NCBI GenBank assembly: GCA_942493345.1
Contig: OW818695.1
Span: 2,021,719 to 2,085,718 of the forward strand
DNA length: 64,000 nucleotides
From: an uncultured Prolixibacteraceae bacterium
GTDB taxonomy: Bacteria; Bacteroidota; Bacteroidia; Bacteroidales; Prolixibacteraceae
Direction of reading: 5' to 3'
The position numbers were made by a program, and so were the translations under genes. Numbering within the stretch: position 1 is the first letter of the stretch; each line of letters opens with the position of its first letter. The notes beneath the pieces were generated by a model, which was not told where the DNA came from, did no database searches, and saw nothing but the letters and a program-made list of their open reading frames with translations. This document shows, one piece after another, positions 37,328 to 45,771 of this stretch.

Positions 37328-38410
37328 ATGAAGAAAGCGTTACAAGTACTACTTGTCCTTTTTGTTTCTCTTCAATTGGCCCAAGGCCAGGAGAAAGATA
37401 AAAAGTACAAAGAAATTATTCAGATTTCGGCAAGCCCGGTAAAAGATCAACAGAAAACTGGTACCTGCTGGAGTTTTGCGACTACCTCTTTTCTTGAATC
37501 AGAAATATTGAGGAAAGGAAAAGGCGAGTACGATTTATCCGAGATGTTTTTTGTGAGGCAGGCTTATTTGCAAAAGGCAAAGAAATATCTTTTATATCAC
37601 GGCCATGCCAATTTTGATGAAGGAGGACAGGCTCACGATGTGATAAATGCGATCCGTGAATCTGGAATTGTTCCGGAATTGGAATACACGGGAAAACCAA
37701 TTAATCCCGAGGGTCACGATCATGGCAACCTGGAAGAAGAATTGACCAAATTTATTGCGAAAACCAACAATGGTTTTAATAAGAAAAAAGCAGAAGAATG
37801 GGAAGACGGATTTAATCAGATTTTAGATACCTATCTGGGCAAACTTCCGCAGGAATTTGGAGTCAAAGGGCAGGCTTATTCTCCGTTAGGATTTACCACC
37901 TTTTTGGCGATTGACCCAGATGATTACCTGGAATTTACTTCGTATACACATCATCCGTTTTACGAACCGATTGACCTGGAAATCCCGGATAACTGGTCAC
38001 ACGACAAATACATCAATATTCCGATTGAAGAATTGGTGGAAATTATCGACAGCTCATTGTATCGCGGGTACACGGTTTGCTGGGACGGCGACACCAGCGA
38101 AAAAAGTTTCGACCATCGTAACGGAACTGCAATATTAAATGGCAATATTGCTAATTATCAGGTTGTCCGGCAAACTACCTTTTTCAATCGTGAAACCACC
38201 GATGACCATCTGATGCACATTACCGGCATTTCAGAAAACGAAAATGGAGAAAAGTTTTATCGTATAAAAAATTCATGGGGAACGGAAAAAAGCGAATACG
38301 ATGGGTATTTGTATATGTCGATACCTTATGTGAAATTGAAAACCATTGCCATATTCGTTCATAAAAATGCAGTTCCTCTGTTAATTATGAATAAAATAAA
38401 AAAATCATGA
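37328..38410 (+). CDS. Secreted C1-family cysteine peptidase (aminopeptidase C / bleomycin-hydrolase-like)
   Basis: 360 aa with a signal peptide. The catalytic Cys context is QQKTGTCWSFATTS. A later His (DDHLMHITG) and NSWG are also present. Confidence 0.8.
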   Translation: MKKALQVLLVLFVSLQLAQGQEKDKKYKEIIQISASPVKDQQKTGTCWSFATTSFLESEILRKGKGEYDLSEMFFVRQAYLQKAKKYLLYHGHANFDEGGQAHDVINAIRESGIVPELEYTGKPINPEGHDHGNLEEELTKFIAKTNNGFNKKKAEEWEDGFNQILDTYLGKLPQEFGVKGQAYSPLGFTTFLAIDPDDYLEFTSYTHHPFYEPIDLEIPDNWSHDKYINIPIEELVEIIDSSLYRGYTVCWDGDTSEKSFDHRNGTAILNGNIANYQVVRQTTFFNRETTDDHLMHITGISENENGEKFYRIKNSWGTEKSEYDGYLYMSIPYVKLKTIAIFVHKNAVPLLIMNKIKKS

Positions 38411-38613
38411 AAGAATATATACTGGAAGGGGAATATATCGAGTTGATTAAATTGCTGAAAATTCTGCATATCAGCGAATCGGGAGGGCAGGCAAAAATGA
38501 TGGTCGACGATGGCTTGGTGAAGCTAAACGGTATGACAGAATACCGGAAACGGGCAAAACTCCGGGCTGGGGATTCAATAAGCGTTTTGGGACAAACAAT
38601 TGTGATAAAATAA
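38407..38613 (+). CDS. Small RNA-binding S4-domain protein
   Basis: 68 aa. Its start overlaps the previous gene's stop in an ATGA arrangement. The KLLKILHISESGGQAKMMVDDGLVKLNG...KLRAGD pattern is S4-like. Confidence 0.7.
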   Translation: MKEYILEGEYIELIKLLKILHISESGGQAKMMVDDGLVKLNGMTEYRKRAKLRAGDSISVLGQTIVIK

Positions 38614-38616
38614 AAA

Positions 38617-38640
38617 AAGTCGGCAAGATTTTACCGACTT
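38617..38640 (+). terminator. Stem-loop just after the S4-domain gene
   Basis: AAGTCGG ... CCGACTT, a 7-bp stem with a 10-nt loop, 4 nt after the stop codon. The downstream T-run is weak. Confidence 0.4.
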
Positions 38641-38769
38641 CTGTGAAGCATTTTTTTATTCGGGGCGCTTCGGAATAGAGAAAAATTAAACGGAGGTGTG
38701 TGATCATTTATCGTTGATCTCAAAATTAAATATTCATTGTTTTCATGTGTTATCAAAAAACCGAAAATT

Positions 38770-38837
38770 CATGAAGACCCCTGTTTTTCTGATGAAATGA
38801 CATTGTGGGTACATGAAGACCCCGTTTTTCGTGATGA
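38770..38837. repeat. Two near-identical ~27-bp direct repeats, with weaker further copies to about 38925
   Basis: CATGAAGACCCCTGTTTTTCTGATGAA (38770-38796) and CATGAAGACCCCGTTTTTCGTGATGAA (38812-38837). Looser relatives follow, starting with TCATGAAAAAAGGCTCGTTTTGTTTAAC at about 38862. Confidence 0.6.
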
Positions 38838-38944
38838 ACGATTTTCAAAAAAGGCCTAAAATCATGAAAAAAGGCTCGTTTTGTTTAACAAAAAAAGACA
38901 TTCGCCGCGTGATGAATGCCTTTTTTTGAAAAGTTTTAACCGAA

Positions 38945-39193
38945 TCAATATTCTACGTATGCCCTTTCGTTGAGTAAAGTTAATGTATCATTAACCACTC
39001 TCATTTTTGAAATATCCCGGTCGGTTAAGCAGATTTGGAAAAAACTTTCCAGATAGTAAACGAATAGTGTCCAGTCCAACTGGTCAAACCGTAAATCATC
39101 GCTGTACGATGCATTCAGTTTGATGCTTTCCCGTCGGACTCCGGTTTTTCGCAAAACCCGGTACAGTGTTCTCTGCATTGATTTGTCTTCCAT
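38945..39193 (-). CDS. Small acyl-carrier-protein-like protein lacking the phosphopantetheinyl serine
   Basis: The ORF track gives 38945-39229. A TAnnTTTG-type -7 box (TATGTTTG on the minus strand, 39227-39234) argues for an internal start (MEDKSMQ 39193 or MQRTLY 39178). The stretch NASYSDDLRFDQLDWTLFVYYLESFF aligns by eye with ACP [26 protein letters not shown]. Confidence 0.45.
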   Translation of the reverse strand: MEDKSMQRTLYRVLRKTGVRRESIKLNASYSDDLRFDQLDWTLFVYYLESFFQICLTDRDISKMRVVNDTLTLLNERAYVEY

Positions 39194-39464
39194 ACAAATT
39201 TGTTTTCTCTGTTTCTGTTTTCGGCACAAACATACAAAATTTAATTTTTAAACTTTGGGCCGAATAGGTCAAAAAACCAGAAGCTATCCGCTTAGTTATC
39301 AGCGAATGACTCTAACTTTCATATAGAGAGACAAAAGAAAAACAGAAAAGATGCAAAGGCGATGAAAAAAAATATACGCCCAAAAGTTTCCTGAATTTAG
39401 GGATAGAAAAAATGAAGAAAAGGAAAGTTTCTGAAAGTGCTTTTTAAAGGGTAGGGGAGAATTG

Positions 39465-40016
39465 CTAAAAAAGGGATTCAATCCACTCTTTTTTCAGCAG
39501 GCTATAAACTTCGAGATCGATATATTTGCCGGTATGCCGTTCCCCGTCGCGTTCAACTCCTTCTAGTTTGAATCCCAGCTTTTTAGGAATTGCCGCACTT
39601 CGGGTATTTCCTATTCCGCAACGAATCTGGACCCGGTTCATATTTAAATTCCGGAAAGCAATATTGATCATTTTTTTTGTCGAACGAAGAGCAATTCCTT
39701 TTCCTGTCATTTTTTCGGCGAGCCAGTACCCGATTTCTGTTCTAAAATTCGAAAAATCGGCATCCTTAAAACCAATTAAACCAGCAAATTCTCCCTTGTA
39801 CCAAATTACAAATACATCATCGCGTTCGCCGTAAGGCTTGTCGATAATGGAACGAATAAACAATTCAGTGTCCCTTAATCTTTGTGTATAATCAATAAAC
39901 GGCAACCATTTTCGAAGGTTCTCCCGGTTTTCTTCGATGCAGTTAAAGATCATTTCTGCATGCATAAGTTTTATCTTTTCCAGGCTTAAATGCTCGTCGA
40001 TTATAAATTGATCCAT
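39465..40016 (-). CDS. GNAT-family N-acetyltransferase (RimJ/RimL-like)
   Basis: IGYWLAEKMTGKGIALRSTKKMINIAF...NTRSAAIPKKLGFKLEG. The ORF is open to 40124, but the usual family length fits the MDQFIIDEH start at 40016. Confidence 0.8.
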   Translation of the reverse strand: MDQFIIDEHLSLEKIKLMHAEMIFNCIEENRENLRKWLPFIDYTQRLRDTELFIRSIIDKPYGERDDVFVIWYKGEFAGLIGFKDADFSNFRTEIGYWLAEKMTGKGIALRSTKKMINIAFRNLNMNRVQIRCGIGNTRSAAIPKKLGFKLEGVERDGERHTGKYIDLEVYSLLKKEWIESLF

Positions 40017-40239
40017 ACGTGAAAAAATATTCGGTAACAGACATTCATCAAACGAAAAAACCGGATAAGCGATTTTTCCATCACAAAATAACATTTTTTT
40101 ACCTGAAACCCAGCCGCTCATCAATTTTCCTTTTTTTATCCGACTTCAAACCATTTTTTATACCTTTTCTGAAATAATTATATTTGTGGCGACACTTGGA
40201 AAAACAAGCCATGTGTTTTATTTTTCAAAGTTTCAAAAT

Positions 40240-41049
40240 ATGAAGAAGATCACATTTCTATTCATTTTTGTCTTTTTAATGATATTCACTTCTTGCGGGA
40301 AGCCAAATAAATATGTACTGATTGAAACCAGTTATGGCAACATAAAAGTCAGACTGTATAAAGAAACCCCGGAACACCAGAAGAATTTTATTAAGCTTGT
40401 AAAGCAAGGGTATTTTGACGAGCAACTTTTTCACCGGGTCATCCAAAATTTCATGATCCAGGGTGGCGATCCGAAATCGAAAAATGCTCAACCGGGTGTC
40501 CGATTGGGAGAAGGTGAACCGGGTTATACGATTTCGGCGGAAATCAACCAACAGCTTTTTCATAAAAGGGGCGCTCTGTCGGCAGCTCGTCAGAGCGATG
40601 AAATAAATCCCGAAAAACGGTCGTCGGGTTCGCAGTTTTTTATTGTTCAGGGGGAACCATTTACCAAAGAAGCACTTGATGCTATGCAGCAATCAAAAAA
40701 TTCGGAACGGGTACAGCGCATTTTCATCCGGTTATTTAATGAGAACAAGGAAGAAATAACGCAACTTCGCAAAAGTGGCGACAGAGAAAAATTCAATGCC
40801 CGCATTGACGAACTTCAGGAAAAAGCTGAAACCGAAGCAAAACAGGCGGGCGATTCTATTTTCAGTCCCGAACAGATTGAGGCGTATACAACGATCGGAG
40901 GTTGTCCTTCGCTCGATGGTGAATATACTGTTTTTGGCGAAGTTGTTGAAGGACTTAATGTAATTGACAAGATTGCCGCCGAAGCAACCGATCATTATGA
41001 CCGTCCCGAAAAGGATATAAAATTTAAAGTAACTGTCGTAAAAAAATAA
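40240..41049 (+). CDS. Cyclophilin-type peptidyl-prolyl isomerase, lipoprotein, with a coiled insert
   Basis: Lipobox IFTSCG, FHRVIQNFMIQGGDP, and a C-terminal FGEVVEGLNVIDKI. The start is taken at MKKITFLF (40240) inside the longer ORF from 40186. Confidence 0.88.
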   Translation: MKKITFLFIFVFLMIFTSCGKPNKYVLIETSYGNIKVRLYKETPEHQKNFIKLVKQGYFDEQLFHRVIQNFMIQGGDPKSKNAQPGVRLGEGEPGYTISAEINQQLFHKRGALSAARQSDEINPEKRSSGSQFFIVQGEPFTKEALDAMQQSKNSERVQRIFIRLFNENKEEITQLRKSGDREKFNARIDELQEKAETEAKQAGDSIFSPEQIEAYTTIGGCPSLDGEYTVFGEVVEGLNVIDKIAAEATDHYDRPEKDIKFKVTVVKK

Positions 41050-41050
41050 A

Positions 41051-41863
41051 GTGATACGGAAAATACAAAATACGATCCTTCTTGTTTTGCTGAGTTCCTT
41101 TGTTGGACTGGCGCAGGAAAGAATAGTGCTTATTTCAACCAATTTAGGCGATATGAAATTTCGTTTGTTCGATGACACACCTAAACACCGGGATGCATTT
41201 ATCCAGTTGGCTGAAGAATCGTATTACGACGGGACTTTATTTTACCGGGTCATTAAAAACTTTTTGATACAAGGCGGGTCAAGGTCGTCGCGTAATGCGC
41301 CGCCGGGAAAACGGATTGGCTACGGAGATCCGGATAAAACAGTGGATGATGAAATTATCTCTCATTATTTCCATAAAAAAGGGGCCTTGTGCGCACCACG
41401 GCAACCCGATGACGTGAACCCGTTCAAACAGTCGGATATCTCGCAATTTTATATTGTGAAAGGACAGGTTTTCACGCCGGGCAAGCTCGACACGATGCAA
41501 CTGGCAGTTAACCAGCCAATCCGAAAAAAAGTGTACAACCAGTTTATGACAACTTCGGTGAGGAATGAACTGAAACAACTGAAAGAAGAAAAAAAAGTTC
41601 AGGAATTTAAGAGTCTGGCCGAAAAAATAAAAAAAGATATTGAAGCTGAATATCACATGCAACCGGGTATTCTTGAGTTCTCAGAAGAGCAGCGAAGGGC
41701 ATATACAACCATTGGCGGATACCCTGATCTTGATGGAAAATATACCATTTTTGGTGAATGTATTGAAGGACTGGAAGTGATTGATAAAATTGCAGCTCTC
41801 GAAACCGATGAAAATGACCGACCGGTCAGGGATGTGAAGATAATTGTGAAAGTTTTAAAATGA
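41051..41863 (+). CDS. Cyclophilin-type peptidyl-prolyl isomerase, secreted, with a coiled insert
   Basis: 270 aa with a GTG start 1 nt after the previous stop. Motifs: FYRVIKNFLIQGGS and FGECIEGLEVIDKI. Confidence 0.85.
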   Translation: MIRKIQNTILLVLLSSFVGLAQERIVLISTNLGDMKFRLFDDTPKHRDAFIQLAEESYYDGTLFYRVIKNFLIQGGSRSSRNAPPGKRIGYGDPDKTVDDEIISHYFHKKGALCAPRQPDDVNPFKQSDISQFYIVKGQVFTPGKLDTMQLAVNQPIRKKVYNQFMTTSVRNELKQLKEEKKVQEFKSLAEKIKKDIEAEYHMQPGILEFSEEQRRAYTTIGGYPDLDGKYTIFGECIEGLEVIDKIAALETDENDRPVRDVKIIVKVLK

Positions 41864-41905
41864 ACATATTTCAAGCGACATCAAATACTTTTAAAAACAG
41901 AACCA

Positions 41906-43240
41906 GTGAAAAAAATCCTGACCTATTTATTTCTGATTGTTTTGCTGACAGGCTGCGGACAAGCTGGTCAAAAAAAAGCAGACAAGCCGGAGAAACCAGA
42001 AGAAACTGGAACGGTTCCCGAAAACCAGGAAAATTCCGGTTCGTATTCCGGCTTTTTATCTTCCATCGTGAAAATACAGACTTTCGATAAGGGGCGCATA
42101 CTGGAAACCGGTCAGGGTTTTTTTGTGGAAGAAGATGTGATTGTTATTCGCCTTTCGATGATGGATGGCTCCACCCATGCGGTTTTTACTCCTCTCGACG
42201 AGGATAAAAATTATACAGTTACAGGTTATTTGGCAATTGACCGTATTAACGATCTGATTCTTTTAAAAACGGATGGTGTCAAACGGATGCCAATCCCGCT
42301 TTATAAGGGAATTGCCCCGGATAGTGAAAAGACCATTTATGTAACCCCGTCGACAGGAAATACCATTCCTTTGCATCGGGGGAAAATACTTAGTTATTCG
42401 AATATTCAGGGGAACCCGCTTTATACTGTAACCAACCAGTTTCGCTCAACCAGTTTCGGAACTCCTGTGTTTGCTTCGAACCTGCAAACCATCGGGCTGG
42501 CTTTTTCTAAGATTGTTGATTACGAAGCCCGTTATTTTGTGATTCCTTCGACTTTTATTTCAGAATTAATGAAAAAGAAAGAATCCCGTCCGGTTGCCCT
42601 TGAGAATATAAAACAGGCCGATAAAACAATGTTTGAAGCGAATAAAAAAATCAAGGCACTGCTTATCGAAACCGATTTTGGGAACATTAAAATCCGCTTG
42701 TTTAACGAGACGCCGGCCTATCGCGATAATTTTATCAAACTGGTACGCGAACAGTATTTCAACGGTTTGTTGATTCACCGGGCGATTAAAGGTTTCTGCA
42801 TACAAAGCGGCGCTGCCGATACCCGCTATGCAACCAAAGATGACGTGGTTGGTTGGAAAGGGCCTGGCTACACGCTGCCCGCGCATATTGTTTCCGGGTT
42901 TTATCACCGGCGCGGCATGATCGGTTCGCCCCGCAAACCCGATACCGAAAATTCGAAACGGCGTTCCGATGGCTCTCAGTTTTACATTGTTACTGGCCGG
43001 GTTTACACCGATAAAGAATTAAATGAAATTGAAAAGCAAAATCAGGTAAAATTTACTGCAGAACAACGGCATACTTATAAAACAGAAGGCGGCGCCCCGC
43101 ATATTGATGGTACCTATACCATTTTTGGCGAAGTACTGGAAGGTATGGACGTGGCCGACCGGATTTCAAAAGTTGCGATCGGCAGTGAGTTCCGACCCGT
43201 TGATGATATTCGGATCAAGAGCATTCACATTCTGGAATAA
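41906..43240 (+). CDS. Lipoprotein fusing an N-terminal trypsin-like (probably non-catalytic) domain to a C-terminal cyclophilin PPIase
   Basis: 444 aa with a GTG start and a lipobox (LLTGCGQ). The N-terminal half reads GQGFFVEEDVIVI...INDLILLKTD...FGTPVF. The C-terminal half reads IHRAIKGFCIQSGA...FGEVLEGMDVADRI. Confidence 0.75.
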   Translation: MKKILTYLFLIVLLTGCGQAGQKKADKPEKPEETGTVPENQENSGSYSGFLSSIVKIQTFDKGRILETGQGFFVEEDVIVIRLSMMDGSTHAVFTPLDEDKNYTVTGYLAIDRINDLILLKTDGVKRMPIPLYKGIAPDSEKTIYVTPSTGNTIPLHRGKILSYSNIQGNPLYTVTNQFRSTSFGTPVFASNLQTIGLAFSKIVDYEARYFVIPSTFISELMKKKESRPVALENIKQADKTMFEANKKIKALLIETDFGNIKIRLFNETPAYRDNFIKLVREQYFNGLLIHRAIKGFCIQSGAADTRYATKDDVVGWKGPGYTLPAHIVSGFYHRRGMIGSPRKPDTENSKRRSDGSQFYIVTGRVYTDKELNEIEKQNQVKFTAEQRHTYKTEGGAPHIDGTYTIFGEVLEGMDVADRISKVAIGSEFRPVDDIRIKSIHILE

Positions 43241-43266
43241 TTATTTAACCAATTTTTTCAAAGTTA

Positions 43267-45705
43267 TTATGGCTTTGGTTGCACCAGATTTCTCACATTG
43301 ATGTAGAAAGAACCTGCATTGTCTTTATTTGTATTTATGGCCAGTATATTCGTGTACTTGTACTTCTGGCTTAAAGTGGAAGTAGTAGTCCAGGTCATTC
43401 CTGAAGAATCGGGTTTGGTTAGCATCATTTCCCTGATAACTTTTGGTTTGCCGGTTTTCAAATCAATGTCACATAGAAATAATTTGATGCCAGGGTCGAG
43501 CGATTTTACGATTGTCTCAACTTTAACTTCAGTGACGTTGGGGCCATCAAGCCGCAGTTTAATAATTTTTGCCGACAAGTGAGGTAATTCTTCTTTTACT
43601 TCCTGCGAGGTAAAACTTACAGGAACTTTGACTATTACATTATTTTGGCCATTCACCGGGTTAAACCGGATATATCTCGAATCTGTATTTTGGTAAGCCC
43701 ATTTGGCATATCCTTCAAACTCTTTTTCAATATTGGTGTCATATACCTTTTGTAACTTATTGTCGAGGATTGTTAGATAATCATTCTGGTCAAGATCAAG
43801 TCCTGCATGTTTTAGAAGATTAGCAATGTTAAATGTATATTTCGACCAGTAATTAGTAAGATAATAGAGAAAAAGACCTGCTTCATATAATTCCCCTTTA
43901 TCCCACGATTTACAAATTGAACTTTCTACACCTTGCCATTCTTTTGCTAATTTTTCACATTCCGGAAGCGGAAGGGCAGTTGTATCTTTTATACCGTATG
44001 CCATGGCATCTCCCTGAACAGCCAGAGCTTCATACCACCAGGTAGGCAGGGTATAAACTCTATCAGCCACAAAATTTGGCGCGTTAAATGCATCTGCAAT
44101 TTGTTTTGGGTCCAGCTCCATGAAGTAATAATTATCCTCTATCAGGTGCAAAAATTCGTGGGGTACAAGGCTTTTCAGGTTTAGGTATGGTTTAGCATGG
44201 GGTGATTTTTGATCATTATGAACATACATGCAATTGGCCCACGATCCGTATTCACCTTCAGATGCGCCTTTGTCTATGCTTTTTACATAAATATTGACTT
44301 TTCCTGTAGGGACCCACAATTTATGAGGTTCGTCCTGAAATGCTTTTTTTGCCACACTAAACCAATGGGCAATATCCTGAACCATATAGGGGGCATAGTA
44401 ATCTTTCTTTCTTTTTTCATCCCCTTCTTTAATATACCATTCCTCATTTTTAAAATCATTATATCCTGAATTTGGCATTGGCCGGTGTGTGTCATAAATG
44501 CTATAAAAAACAATACAGTCTTCATTTTCAAACTTCATCGAATAAAAGCCTGTCGTCAGAAACTCGAAAAGGCTAAGTGTTGTAAGATGTGAAGTTTTAA
44601 ACGAAATCGAACTTTCCTGCTCGTTTATAGAATAGTCCGGATAAGCAACCCACTGCTTTCTGTTCTCATCAAAATAAGCAGGCCTGATGTTTTCTGTAAC
44701 TCCGGGAACCGACAATTTGCTTTTATCGAAGAACATTTTAATTTCCAATGATTTTTGAAATAATTTACCACACGAAAGGGTCACATCCATTGCGTTCAGG
44801 ATGTTGATTTCATCGTATTTGTATTCTTTGGTTACTTTGTTGATCGTCAGTTTGGTTCCTGCCGGAGCAATCCCCTGCGGAATGGTAACTTCAATTTGTG
44901 AGTCGAGGCCAATTTTTGCCGGGGCTTGCGATGTGTTCACTGTTTCCTGAAGCGAACTTCCGCCCTTCATTGCTGATGGAGCTTGGGTTGTCTGTGTTTT
45001 TGCCGGTTGACTGGTTGGTGCAGGTTCGGGTTGAGCTACCGGTTGACTTGGTTTATTCTGATTTACTGAAGTTGAAGAAGCCTTTGCCGCTGGAACAGAA
45101 GCAACAATTACCCCACCATTCAGAACCAGCTGAATAGCCTGTTCCGGGTTTTTGTCAAACGCCGTGGCATGTCGCTGCCCGTTGCCTTCGATTATCAAAA
45201 CAATCGAATTGCCCGGTGTCCAATCGGGAAGATTGATGATTTCGGTTAATATTTTCGATATATCGGGCGATTTCATAATAGCGCCTGCTTCGTTCCATGC
45301 CTCAACATTATTCCAGTTGACCCGTGCAATGGTTCTTGCCCGCGATGAAATATTCCGGTCTATCGCTTGAAAAGGCTTTGCATTTCCGCTCTTTTCGCCT
45401 GTTATCGCCAACATCGAGATTTTGCTGGCTGGCTGGTCAACTTGGAAAGCCAGATAACAGTTTGAAAGGGCTGTCCCTTTCTGAAGCTGCACATTTGTGA
45501 ACCTCAGACCGACACATTGCTTCATATTTTTTGGGTTGGTCGGATCGGAGGTCAGGTCGATAACCGGACTGTTGAGGGTTACGATCGTATATCCGACAGA
45601 TTCTTCGGCATCGTCATCCGGCGAACTGATCTGGTAATTCTGTGCATGTATATGAAGTATGGCGAAAAAAAATAAAATGGAAAGAAACAGATATCCCCTT
45701 TTCAT
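43267..45705 (-). CDS. Large secreted protein of unknown function with an HExxH motif
   Basis: 812-aa ORF with a signal peptide (AILHIHAQ). It has a low-complexity P/Q/T/A linker (KPSQPVAQPEPAPTSQPAKTQTTQAPS) and a single HEFLH in the context SLVPHEFLHLIEDNYY. Confidence 0.75.
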   Translation of the reverse strand: MKRGYLFLSILFFFAILHIHAQNYQISSPDDDAEESVGYTIVTLNSPVIDLTSDPTNPKNMKQCVGLRFTNVQLQKGTALSNCYLAFQVDQPASKISMLAITGEKSGNAKPFQAIDRNISSRARTIARVNWNNVEAWNEAGAIMKSPDISKILTEIINLPDWTPGNSIVLIIEGNGQRHATAFDKNPEQAIQLVLNGGVIVASVPAAKASSTSVNQNKPSQPVAQPEPAPTSQPAKTQTTQAPSAMKGGSSLQETVNTSQAPAKIGLDSQIEVTIPQGIAPAGTKLTINKVTKEYKYDEINILNAMDVTLSCGKLFQKSLEIKMFFDKSKLSVPGVTENIRPAYFDENRKQWVAYPDYSINEQESSISFKTSHLTTLSLFEFLTTGFYSMKFENEDCIVFYSIYDTHRPMPNSGYNDFKNEEWYIKEGDEKRKKDYYAPYMVQDIAHWFSVAKKAFQDEPHKLWVPTGKVNIYVKSIDKGASEGEYGSWANCMYVHNDQKSPHAKPYLNLKSLVPHEFLHLIEDNYYFMELDPKQIADAFNAPNFVADRVYTLPTWWYEALAVQGDAMAYGIKDTTALPLPECEKLAKEWQGVESSICKSWDKGELYEAGLFLYYLTNYWSKYTFNIANLLKHAGLDLDQNDYLTILDNKLQKVYDTNIEKEFEGYAKWAYQNTDSRYIRFNPVNGQNNVIVKVPVSFTSQEVKEELPHLSAKIIKLRLDGPNVTEVKVETIVKSLDPGIKLFLCDIDLKTGKPKVIREMMLTKPDSSGMTWTTTSTLSQKYKYTNILAINTNKDNAGSFYINVRNLVQPKP

Positions 45706-45771
45706 GATTTCGGTTTTTTAAATTTAAAAACAAGTTATGCCATTTTTTGCAACCACACAAGACCGGTATTT

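Noticed and set aside
38770-38927. Possible CRISPR array
   Set aside because: There are only two good repeats and some loose ones. Spacer lengths are irregular (about 15-25 bp), the repeats are not conserved enough, and no cas genes occur in the window. It is reported as a plain direct-repeat cluster instead.
39299-39481. 60-aa minus-strand ORF in the spacer between the ACP-like gene and the GNAT gene
   Set aside because: The translation is low-complexity (Phe/Ser/Leu-rich) from a purine/pyrimidine-skewed AT-rich spacer. It overlaps the GNAT 3' end and has no motif support.
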